Part shown: positions 30,601-38,338 of the stretch, piece after piece | Layout: the number at the start of each line of letters is the position of its first letter | Numbering within the stretch: the stretch's first letter is position 1 | Source: Vulcanimicrobiota bacterium | GTDB lineage: Bacteria > Vulcanimicrobiota > Vulcanimicrobiia > Vulcanimicrobiales > Vulcanimicrobiaceae | Reading direction: 5' to 3' | DNA: 64,000 nt | NCBI GenBank assembly: GCA_963786105.1 | Contig: CAWAXX010000023.1 | Location: forward strand, 224,001 to 288,000 | Notes under the pieces: model-generated | Database searches by the model: none | Seen by the model: the letters and a program-made list of their open reading frames with translations, nothing else | What the model was told of the DNA's origin: nothing | Translations under genes and position numbers: made by a program

Positions 30601-32614
30601 TCACCCACTGGACGGCGCCGTCGGGCGTGATCTCCTCGAGCGCGTCGCCCCACGCAGGCGACGACGCTGTGGACGTGCCCGCATTTTGCGCGGTCTGAAC
30701 GTTGCCATTCGAATCGACGACGGCTTGGCCGGCCACGAACGCGAAATTCGCCTGCCACGCGCGGGGACCGGCGTTGCGCCAGGCGGCTGTTCCGTCAGTC
30801 GTGACATCGCCCACGTTCGGTTTCCAAACGTACTGCGACGCACCAGACGTGCCTGGCGTCTGAACCGTTTGAACGTTCCCGTTCGCGTCGACGATGAACT
30901 CCCCGGCAACATAGGCCGTCGCCGGCATCCACTGCCCGTTCCCAGCGTTCAACCACGCGACGCTCCCATCGGAAGTGGTTTGTCCGGGAGTGGCGTTCCA
31001 CTGAGGGACGGCGCTGCCCGAACTCCCCGCCGTCGTGACCTTTTGGAAATTGCCGTTGGGATCGACGACGAGTTGTCCCACGACATAAGGCGTCACGCTC
31101 TGCCACGTCGCGGGTCCGTGCGTTCCGAAGGCGCGATCGAGATTCGGATCCGCTGACGGCTGCGGCCAAAAAGCCGGCAGCCCATCGCGCGCGGCCGCTT
31201 CGCCGGGAGTCAGCCCGGCTGTGAGATCCGTCAGGTTCGGGTTGGGCTGCGGCGCGTTTGGCCCGAGAACCGTCTGCAGCACGTTGAGCTCGAGTTGAAC
31301 CGACTTCCGCGTGCGTAAGGCTGAGTCTCGCTCGAGCGTCGCAACATCCAACTCGTGTTGGAAGTCGGGTGCGACCGTTTCGGTCACGAGAATATCGGGG
31401 TCGTACAGCGCGTCCGGTAACGGTACCAAGACCTCGACGTCTTCGGCGGCTTGCGGATCGAGCGGAGCGGTCAACATGCCGGTTTGCAGCGCGGCTTCCA
31501 ACTCTTCGAGGTGCACCGGCCCCGCCGAAACGTGCCACGTCTTTGGAAGCCAGAGGTTGACCCTATTCACGAAGTCCATGGCCGCCGACGGCAGCACCCC
31601 GGCCGGCGGAAGCTGCGTCGCGATGCTTCCGAGGTCGTTGAACGCCGGTTGCAGCGCGAGTTGTTCGCTCAGCTGCTCGCTCAGTTGCGATATTCTTGCC
31701 GCGGCGAGGGGTTGTTGAACGATCGCTTCCAACGGCGACTCGACCGGCAGAACGCGACGCTTTCGCGGCAAGCCGCCGGGCCGCACGACGGCGCTGCGAT
31801 CGACGAACAGCGGCTGCCACGTCGTTGCGGAGTTGTCGAACGCCACCAGTGCGAGCGGCACGCCGGCCGCCGCCCAGGGAAGCTGATCGTCGATCGCGAG
31901 CTGTGCTTCGGCTTCGAAGATTGAATAGACGATTCTGTTACGGAAGGTGGCCGGCGGCGTCGCGGCCGGAAGCGGTAGGCCCGCGTTCGCCGCGGGCCAC
32001 GCGACGAACACCAGCCGCGCGCCGTCGGCGAGCTGCCAATCTTCGAACGCATATTCTTCCGGGTCCCGATCGCACGAGGCGTTCAGGTTACCGCTCACTT
32101 CGATCGAGCCGGTTTTGTCGTCGAAGGCTTGTCCGTTTACCTGAGTGACGATCGGCTGCAGCACGAAAACGCCGGCAGGCTGCGCGTTCGCGCCGGCGGC
32201 GTAACTTTGGAAGGTTCCGGGCAGCGCCGTCTTCGGATCGACGATTTGGGAACCCGTCGCCGGATCGAACGCCGCCAGCGTGCTCAAGCGCGTCTGTATC
32301 GCGCGCAAGAGTATGATGTCCTCGCCCGAAGCTGCGACTCCGTATCCCGGAGTTACGGTAACGAGCGGATCGGAGGACGAGTCGAGCGATAGCTCGAGTC
32401 CGGTTACGATCCCGGGAGCAACGGTTTGTCCGAGCGTGGCTAATAGGCCTGACCGATATTGCTGTTCGTCGTCTAACGCATTTTCCGTGAGTGCCCGTCC
32501 GGTGAAAAGGTTCAGGCGATGGCGCCAACCGGCGTTCAGCTGTTGAAGAAGCTGCGGATCGATGCCGACGATGCTCTCGCCGGGTTCGGGATTCGCGATT
32601 GGCGTTGCTGGCAT
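27614..32614 (-). CDS. Large (1666 aa) eCIS fibre/cage-like protein with six Trp-rich repeats and coiled coils
   Basis: N-terminal RLNLFTGRAL...EQQY...GIVTGL...VTPGYGV module; six ~57-aa repeats; helical C-terminal half. Confidence 0.75.
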   Translation of the reverse strand: MPATPIANPEPGESIVGIDPQLLQQLNAGWRHRLNLFTGRALTENALDDEQQYRSGLLATLGQTVAPGIVTGLELSLDSSSDPLVTVTPGYGVAASGEDIILLRAIQTRLSTLAAFDPATGSQIVDPKTALPGTFQSYAAGANAQPAGVFVLQPIVTQVNGQAFDDKTGSIEVSGNLNASCDRDPEEYAFEDWQLADGARLVFVAWPAANAGLPLPAATPPATFRNRIVYSIFEAEAQLAIDDQLPWAAAGVPLALVAFDNSATTWQPLFVDRSAVVRPGGLPRKRRVLPVESPLEAIVQQPLAAARISQLSEQLSEQLALQPAFNDLGSIATQLPPAGVLPSAAMDFVNRVNLWLPKTWHVSAGPVHLEELEAALQTGMLTAPLDPQAAEDVEVLVPLPDALYDPDILVTETVAPDFQHELDVATLERDSALRTRKSVQLELNVLQTVLGPNAPQPNPNLTDLTAGLTPGEAAARDGLPAFWPQPSADPNLDRAFGTHGPATWQSVTPYVVGQLVVDPNGNFQKVTTAGSSGSAVPQWNATPGQTTSDGSVAWLNAGNGQWMPATAYVAGEFIVDANGNVQTVQTPGTSGASQYVWKPNVGDVTTDGTAAWRNAGPRAWQANFAFVAGQAVVDSNGNVQTAQNAGTSTASSPAWGDALEEITPDGAVQWVNHGPPTLWARGVAYRAGQFFVDSNGNVQALDRAGTSGATQLIWNATVGGTTSNDGTVAWLNAAAGVWQANTAYAVGQFVVDSNGNLQTVTVPGNSGATAPAWNALAGGTTTDGAVTWMAQVWTSIDLQTLETVASRAPYTVSWPAWQANTNFAIGQIVTDSNGSLQVVQTAGTSGATAPAWSTAAATATPDGSVNWSLLAGSRSQIPLIDADDWDDLANFGLQHFIDRLNAKIKRANDLIDLAFLTTQTDIYRFRQNVLGATDASRLATSPILANIATGVTASATAQNLKDYFASIQTSTPAGGGPASIGGAAGISEGFAGERAVSIQPSFASSSRVTSNIAFQQQSAAAAAASTPASASALAGAQKVTIVPTASSSAFSAVQASAVQTSAPRPIFFDTGEDVPRFTPISSEFRPAVSPEPATSEVTAQSPIVGAQLDIRTITVAERLAQSPSQESLFYAVGNRIGFMQILLELEITIDDLQLLVDAAETTAPPANAPIPTESHFFAEWRDTVTRSTVFNRIQTPFVMTNSDEAGLFSSGVRVLEQHTQLLRLLEARVQTYVDFVNLCTTAIGNVRNGVQRAQSTLSQLENQLAQARQDVAFTTSLLADEQLRVNDVNDRRRQILATSVQVVVYTRPRTLEIEDNVPSRQLVPGNIVSPVPTCLQQAIAVPPELSEIVALLHEVPVTWLPSVSALVSSLRRPILLQQIAFGTRARASLQLSMPQVASSALLAPSVYGPAIASIYQANQQAVRSFQTMRTSIVPESLAGLSWSSQVSAVSAVTTIADLASSQTVNAETASAVSRIQQQISSVAGCLYARANSALPVDRLAWAEFLRGPGLTIRLQNLAVLPNWNAQPYADRQQMQLLVDWLFAQIDGANPDALAYMSDVTRVCILLASHAPVNDVIAGAVTLRTQPSVGNTVTLNLPSTRVAAGMYVQLFSKGNLAAEAVVSDLDHTSVSATVTAVHTPGAFLEANDVAHFTTQRPQAVAMRAFTV
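30005..31120 (-). repeat. Six degenerate ~57-aa protein repeats W-x-A-x-T-x-Y-x2-G-Q-x-V-V-D-S-N-G-N-x-Q...G-T-S-G...W...T-T-x-D-G-x-V-x-W
   Basis: Direct alignment of translated repeats; gttgccgtt/gaatcgac-type DNA motif recurs with each unit. Confidence 0.9.
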
Positions 32615-32633
32615 GGCCTACCTCACCGTTGTA

Positions 32634-34022
32634 CTAACTGGGATTCGGCGTTGAAAAGTCGACGAAAGCCGGTGCGGCCCGGCGCCGGACGTAGTACCCG
32701 TACGTCTGCGTGCCGATCGCCGACGCCCAAGTAGCGTTTTGATTTGGGGACGGGGCCATCCCGATCGAGGCGCCTTGATACAAGCGCAAGAGCTCGATGG
32801 GTGGCCGGGAGCTCAGCAGTTGCGGCAACGTCGTGGTGGGTGCGAGCACCGGTAACGAGCTTTTCAGCTTGGCGTAGTCGGCGCGTGCGACCGGAATTAA
32901 CGCGAACACCGCGATGTTCGCGTACGCATCGGGAGGGAGCGTGAGGTCGAGCGGCGGAAGCGACATGCTGTCTTCGATCAGCGCCGCAATCTCGTCGACG
33001 GGGACGATGCTCAGCCGCACGTCGAGCTGTTGCGGAAAGAAAACCTGCGAGAAGGTTTGGGCGGCGTTCTGACCGCTGACGGTAAGGCTCGCGAGCGGAA
33101 ACCGGCCGGCTTGCGGAAGTGCCTGGAAGTAGCTTGCCGCGGAAAAAGCGGCCGACAGACCTGCCGCTTTTCTGACTGCGACCGTCTCCTGCAACTGAGC
33201 ATCGTACTGCATCAAGAACGCTTGCTGCGCGGCCGGGTCGGTGAGCCCGAATCGCAAGCCGCTATACTCAGGTCCCGTATCGCGGCGCACGAGATACGGG
33301 TCGATCCACTCGATCACTCCGCGCTGCAAGCTGACCATCGCAAGCGGCAGCAGGTCGGTGGAAATCTGCGTTCCACTGGCCGTGACGAAGATTTGCCGGG
33401 CTAGCGCGGCCCGCCGTTGCGAGGCATCGTAGGTCGTGACCGGATCCGGATACGGTACCAGCGTGACGGCGGTTGCTTCCACGATGTCGCTGTCGTGCGT
33501 CGTGCGCGTACCCTGAATGCTAGTCGGGTACGAGACGATCGGATTGGCGGTGAACTCGACCGGACGCAGGGCGAGAACGAAGAGGCCGCTCCGCGTCCGC
33601 GCCGGAACGTTCGGCATCGAGGAGAGGCCGAACTGGACGTCGAGGTTTTCCTCCACGGCGAGATCCGAGATCCGCAGCGGGAGATCCGACGGCAAGAGTA
33701 CCAGCTCGCCTGACGGCGTCACGCCCTGACCCGCGCGAATGACGATCGTATCGGCGCTCGCATTCGGGTCCGACGCTGGATCGAGCACCTGCGCCCACAA
33801 ACCATGAACCACGCCGAAGCCGGCGCATTGCCCCAAGTCGGCTTGCCGCTGCAGGAAGTAGTCTTGTTCGCGGGCTAAATCGCGCGCTGCCAAGAAACGT
33901 CCGTCGAACCAATACGGCCGGGTTCGCTGGCTGTTCAGGACGACCGAACCGTTGCCCTGATACGTGGTGAGCTCGTTCGACGTGAGCGCCACGCGCGAGC
34001 TGCCCTTCGTGTAAGAAATCAC
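32634..34022 (-). CDS. eCIS-associated protein, paralogue 2 of the fibre/cage N-terminal module
   Basis: RPYWFDGRFLAARDLAREQDY...GVVHGL...IRAGQGVTPSGE. Confidence 0.75.
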   Translation of the reverse strand: MISYTKGSSRVALTSNELTTYQGNGSVVLNSQRTRPYWFDGRFLAARDLAREQDYFLQRQADLGQCAGFGVVHGLWAQVLDPASDPNASADTIVIRAGQGVTPSGELVLLPSDLPLRISDLAVEENLDVQFGLSSMPNVPARTRSGLFVLALRPVEFTANPIVSYPTSIQGTRTTHDSDIVEATAVTLVPYPDPVTTYDASQRRAALARQIFVTASGTQISTDLLPLAMVSLQRGVIEWIDPYLVRRDTGPEYSGLRFGLTDPAAQQAFLMQYDAQLQETVAVRKAAGLSAAFSAASYFQALPQAGRFPLASLTVSGQNAAQTFSQVFFPQQLDVRLSIVPVDEIAALIEDSMSLPPLDLTLPPDAYANIAVFALIPVARADYAKLKSSLPVLAPTTTLPQLLSSRPPIELLRLYQGASIGMAPSPNQNATWASAIGTQTYGYYVRRRAAPAFVDFSTPNPS

Positions 34023-34053
34023 GGAAATCTCCTAACTGCGTAACCGCGCGACA

Positions 34054-35262
34054 TTATGACTCGGCACCCGAGCTGAGTCCGCTCCAGCGCGCGACGAGCG
34101 AACTCGAATACAGAAACAATCGCGAAAAATTGTCGATCCCGATATTGGCGAGCGTCATGGTAGGTGGCGACCCGGCGACAGCCGTGGCCGGGATCGTAAG
34201 GCGAGCGAGGAACACCGAGGTCGGGTCGAAGTTTGGTGGATATTCGGCGGGTGCCGAGCCCGGGCCGAAGGGTGTTGAGAAGCCCGGGCCGCTGTCAGCT
34301 TCGAGGATTCCTTGCTGGAGCGTTTTGGCGGGAGGATTTGGCGACGTCGCGATCGGCCCCATGGTCCGCCACGGATCTTCCGGAAGCTGCGGCGATGCGT
34401 CGGTGCGCAGCACCAGCTGCATTGCGAAGGAATCGAGCAAACGATTAGGGCTGAACGCGTCGGTCGCATCGTAGTCGTCTTGAGTAGCAAAGCAGGGCGT
34501 CACGCCGCGCGTGCAGCCCACGAACGTGGCGAAGACGTCGATCACGACGTTGCCGCCCTTGAGCGCGGCGTTGAGGTCGGAAGTCGTTTGAACCGCTAAC
34601 CAGTCGCCGATAGGGATGCACACTGCGCGTGGCACTTCGATGATGCGGCCGGCGCGGTCGACCGCAACGCCGGGAGTTACTTGTACTTCCAGCGCCGCCG
34701 ATCCGAGACACGTCCAGGCGGAGACGTTATCGCCGTCAGTCGTGGCGCCGCCGGCGTTGGTGTTCCACTGCGGGAGGACCGGCCCGGTTGTCAGACCGAC
34801 AACCACCGCGAGCACCTGCACGTTGCCGTTCTGATCGACGATCGCGGAGGGGTAGGTAAAGGGCGTGTTCGTTCGCCAGGCACTTCCCAACAGAGGCCCC
34901 TGATTTGTCCAGGTAACCGTACCATCGGCGGTCGTGGCTCCGGGCGCCGCCGTAAACGGCGGTACGGTGTCGCCGCTCGTTCCCGCTGCGCCGGCATTCA
35001 TCTGCACGTTCTTGTTGGCGTCGATGACGAACGACCAAGGCGCGTACGCTGAATGTTGCTGCAGCTGTTGCGGAACGCGCACCTTCAGGCCGGACACGGT
35101 TCCGGTGCCGCACAGTTGCAGCAACGCTCGGGCCAAGCGACCCCGGTGATAGTCTTGGTCGGCTTGGAAATCTTCCACACCGAGCATTCTTCCCAACGAG
35201 TAGTAAACTCGGTTCGGTGCCGGAGGAGGCGATGCGGCGAGCGCATCAGCTGAGTTCGACAT
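34054..35262 (-). CDS. eCIS-associated protein, paralogue 3 of the fibre/cage N-terminal module, with two Trp-rich repeats
   Basis: RVYYSLGRMLGVEDFQADQDYHR...GTVSGLKV [2 repeats] VQVTPGVAVDRAGRIIEV; RBS gagagga. Confidence 0.78.
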   Translation of the reverse strand: MSNSADALAASPPPAPNRVYYSLGRMLGVEDFQADQDYHRGRLARALLQLCGTGTVSGLKVRVPQQLQQHSAYAPWSFVIDANKNVQMNAGAAGTSGDTVPPFTAAPGATTADGTVTWTNQGPLLGSAWRTNTPFTYPSAIVDQNGNVQVLAVVVGLTTGPVLPQWNTNAGGATTDGDNVSAWTCLGSAALEVQVTPGVAVDRAGRIIEVPRAVCIPIGDWLAVQTTSDLNAALKGGNVVIDVFATFVGCTRGVTPCFATQDDYDATDAFSPNRLLDSFAMQLVLRTDASPQLPEDPWRTMGPIATSPNPPAKTLQQGILEADSGPGFSTPFGPGSAPAEYPPNFDPTSVFLARLTIPATAVAGSPPTMTLANIGIDNFSRLFLYSSSLVARWSGLSSGAES

Positions 35263-35271
35263 GATGTCCTC

Positions 35272-35463
35272 TCATTGGTTCGGAGGCGCGGCGCCGACGA
35301 CGACCCGAAGGCTGGCCGGCCTGCTTTCGGTGCCGATGTCGTCGCGAACCACCAGTGCAAAGACGTAGGTACCGGGCGCCATTCCGGCCACCGTCAACTG
35401 CGGAGCCTCCGTAGTGACTGGCTTGTTGAGGAGCAGCGTGACGGCTTTCGGCGGCGCGGGCAT
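35272..35463 (-). CDS. 63-aa protein comprising only the C-terminal half of a PKD/Ig-like domain
   Basis: PGTYVFALVVRDDIGTESRPASLRVVV; N-terminus resembles that of the upstream 108-aa protein. Confidence 0.75.
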   Translation of the reverse strand: MPAPPKAVTLLLNKPVTTEAPQLTVAGMAPGTYVFALVVRDDIGTESRPASLRVVVGAAPPNQ

Positions 35464-35473
35464 TGCGTTCGAT

Positions 35474-35800
35474 TTAACTCGGTTTTGAGACCGACGTCAG
35501 TTGCCAAACGAAACTCACGATTTTTCCGCCGCCCTGCGGCGTTCCGGTACCGACAAGCGTAATCGGCGTGTTGGCAGCGACAGCCGGCGGCCCGGTGAGC
35601 GTGGCGGCTGGTACGCCGCGCACCGTGACCGTGCACGTTGCGGGAGTACTCTTGTTTCCCAAATCGTCAACGACCAGGAGCGAGAACGTCAAGACCGATC
35701 CAACCGAAGGCGGCGTTCCACCGACGGTCACGCTCACGGTTGGCGACGTGTTCGTCACGGCTGCGCCTCCGGCGGTCAAGGTTATCGGGGTATCTGGCAT
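35474..35800 (-). CDS. 108-aa circularly permuted PKD/Ig-like protein (C-half followed by N-half)
   Basis: RBS gagga 7 nt before ATG 35800; LTFSLLVVDDLGNKSTPATCTVTV then PAATLTGP...ITLVGTGT...KIVSFVWQL. Confidence 0.82.
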   Translation of the reverse strand: MPDTPITLTAGGAAVTNTSPTVSVTVGGTPPSVGSVLTFSLLVVDDLGNKSTPATCTVTVRGVPAATLTGPPAVAANTPITLVGTGTPQGGGKIVSFVWQLTSVSKPS

Positions 35801-35835
35801 AGTCTTATCCTCAAAAGCGCGAAGAATTTGGCGTG

Positions 35836-38331
35836 CTACGGCGCCGGCCGCAGCGCCCACTGATAAGAAATAATTTTCTCTCCGGGCGGTGCAGTGGAAG
35901 CGCTGCCGTCGAGGACGATCGATTCATCCGGAAGCATGTATTGTGGCCCCGCCAAACGCGCCACGGGACTCGTCCACTCCGAGAAGGCAGCGTTTTCCAA
36001 GCGTGGATCCAGGCTAGGTAAGGTCGTGATGACGTCGTAGCGTCCTATCTGACTGACGCCGACCTCGACGGGCGCGCGTGGCGGCTCCGGCGCGAGATAG
36101 GTGTTGACACCGACCAGGGAAGCGAGGCCGATCATGAACGGTTGGCTCGCGCGCTGAATACTTGCCGCGACGTGCGCCGGTTTTTCCCGTTCGACAATTC
36201 GTTGCACCAGCAGCGCGTCAACCGTCTCCACTTGGTCGTGAATGAAGATGGTCACACGGTTAGCGAACTTCTCGTACAGGGCCTCGGGCTGGTTCGTTCC
36301 GCTAGCCAAGTTGAGGTTCGTCGCATAGAGGTCTTGCAGCTCCGCTTGGATGCGCGGATCGCCCAAGAACAGCGTGTCGCCGACAATGGAGTTACTGTCC
36401 GGCGAATAGCCCGGCAACAGTGGATCGTCCTTGATGGAGAGATCGGCGCCGAGAATCGTGGCGAAGATGTGGCGCAATCGAAAATCTTCTACCACCAAGA
36501 TCGCGCCGCGCGAACACATGCCGCCGGTGGCGACGTCGAGCGCGAGCGCGAGACCCTGAGCGGTTCCACGTTGCCGATACAGTTGCGGCGTCGCTTGCAA
36601 TCGCGCCCGACGACGGCCCGGCGGATATTCGGAGGGCTCGATCCCTATCCAGGTGCCCAACCAATCAAGCGCGTCGTCCGGCGTCGCTTCGGGGCGCGTC
36701 AACAGATACGCGCCGGCCACGCGGTCTTCGATGTGCGTCAGTTGCGCTTCGAACGAATCGACGAAGCGTTCGAAGAAATCGCGCCGCGTGCTCGGGCCGT
36801 CCCGATCGGCTTGAACGCCGTACGCCTTTTCACGATAGATTTCCGGCAGGTAGTGGTCGACGTACGAAAAGCGTGAAGCGTAGGCCCGCAGTGCGGCTAC
36901 CTCCGGCGTATTTCGCCGGTCGCCATTCAGCTGCACTCGCACGCCGAGGTAGCGCCCTTGCAGGTTGCGCACTGCCTTTCCGGCGCGCTGCAGCAAGACC
37001 ATGAAGAGCCCCTGACGGTCCTGAACCGGTGCCGCATCGAGCAGCGCAGGCGCAAACGCGACCTCGGGCGTGCTCGATTGCCAGGCCGCGCGTGGAACGT
37101 ACGCGAGCATATCCGGCGGAACGCTGCCGACGTCCGCATCGCCGATGGCGTGCGGGTACCAGCGGGTCTCGAGCGAGGTGAGATCCGCGGCGGCGTCGGA
37201 CGCGGCCAGCCACACGAGCACTCCGCAATGCGGTGGTAGGATGGCTTCAAGAAACAAACGGTGCCAAACCGTTTCAGCCGAACCGCTGTCGAAAACGATG
37301 GGAGTCGCCGGATCGGTTTGACCGGTGCCGGCGAAGCTGTTCAACGACAGCGGAAGGAGAGGAACGAGCGAGCCGGTCGTCCCGGCGTAGTATGCCGGCA
37401 ACCCAAACCCATGCGCGAACGGACCCACGTTGACGTCACTCAAGACGTACGAATCGCCGGCAGGGACAAGCGTGCTTCCGGGCAACGAAAGATCGAAAAC
37501 GAACGCTTCCTGCGCATTCGTGGCGAGCGTTGCGATGCGTCCGTCGCCGATCGCGGCGAGCGCGTAGGGAAACTTCGCTCCGCCGAGCACGATCGGCGCG
37601 CCGAGCCCGGCATCGTCGAAGATGCGCAACAGCGCAACCCGGCTTCCCGCTGCATCCAGTCCCCACGAAAGCAGTGCGAAGCCGGTGCCGTCGATGGATG
37701 CGATAGCGACGAAGGTCTCCGAGTTGGTCAGCGCGTACCGCTGCGCGACGCGCGGCGGATCGGCGTTGACCTCGCACGAGCGCAGAATGCCCGGAGCCGG
37801 TCCTTCGGCCGGCCCGGTTTGCAAGGGCGCACCGGTCACGATGCCGAGCTGCGGCTTTTCCCGGTCGAGCGCGAGCACGCCGCCGCCGGCGAGTGCCGCC
37901 AGCCGCCAGAAAGAAAAATCGGGCACCGACAATGTGAAGGCGGGCCAGCGCTCGCGCCGATCCAGCATGACCAGCGTACCGGCGGCCGCTATATAAAGGA
38001 TGCCGTCGTAGCCGAGAACGAGGTCGGTCACGGCTTGGAACGGCGGCGGCGCATAGATAGGGACTTCGCCCTGGCCGCTGCCGCCGGCGACGGCCAGTCC
38101 GCTCGCCGGATCCCAGCGCGCGTAGTTGTCGTACTGGTCGCGCGCCATTGGGACCGACTCCACCAACTTGGCGGCCAGCGCCGAGTCTTCGACCGGCGTT
38201 GGTGCGCTGCTGCTGCTCAGCAACTGCAGCCGGCCGCTCTTGTCGCAATACTGCAAACCTTCCGTGCCCGCGCTCCACGGCCAATCGGCGCGCCGGCTCA
38301 ACATCCAAAACCGAAGTCCGTTTGCGTCCAT
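35836..38331 (-). CDS. Baseplate wedge / phage tail protein (P2 gpI-like domain) ending in a PKD N-half
   Basis: YLPEIYRE...FFERF...LDWLGTWIG...LYRQRGTAQGL...IVEREKPAHV; C-terminal PVARLAGP...IVLDGSAS...IISYQW; ATG 38331. Confidence 0.88.
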   Translation of the reverse strand: MDANGLRFWMLSRRADWPWSAGTEGLQYCDKSGRLQLLSSSSAPTPVEDSALAAKLVESVPMARDQYDNYARWDPASGLAVAGGSGQGEVPIYAPPPFQAVTDLVLGYDGILYIAAAGTLVMLDRRERWPAFTLSVPDFSFWRLAALAGGGVLALDREKPQLGIVTGAPLQTGPAEGPAPGILRSCEVNADPPRVAQRYALTNSETFVAIASIDGTGFALLSWGLDAAGSRVALLRIFDDAGLGAPIVLGGAKFPYALAAIGDGRIATLATNAQEAFVFDLSLPGSTLVPAGDSYVLSDVNVGPFAHGFGLPAYYAGTTGSLVPLLPLSLNSFAGTGQTDPATPIVFDSGSAETVWHRLFLEAILPPHCGVLVWLAASDAAADLTSLETRWYPHAIGDADVGSVPPDMLAYVPRAAWQSSTPEVAFAPALLDAAPVQDRQGLFMVLLQRAGKAVRNLQGRYLGVRVQLNGDRRNTPEVAALRAYASRFSYVDHYLPEIYREKAYGVQADRDGPSTRRDFFERFVDSFEAQLTHIEDRVAGAYLLTRPEATPDDALDWLGTWIGIEPSEYPPGRRRARLQATPQLYRQRGTAQGLALALDVATGGMCSRGAILVVEDFRLRHIFATILGADLSIKDDPLLPGYSPDSNSIVGDTLFLGDPRIQAELQDLYATNLNLASGTNQPEALYEKFANRVTIFIHDQVETVDALLVQRIVEREKPAHVAASIQRASQPFMIGLASLVGVNTYLAPEPPRAPVEVGVSQIGRYDVITTLPSLDPRLENAAFSEWTSPVARLAGPQYMLPDESIVLDGSASTAPPGEKIISYQWALRPAP

Positions 38332-38338
38332 GCGAGCC

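Noticed and set aside
35801..35860. Fusion of the wedge protein to the 108-aa PKD protein by frameshift
   Set aside because: The downstream gene has a well-spaced gagga RBS and ATG and an N-terminus paralogous to the 63-aa gene; not fully excluded given other indels
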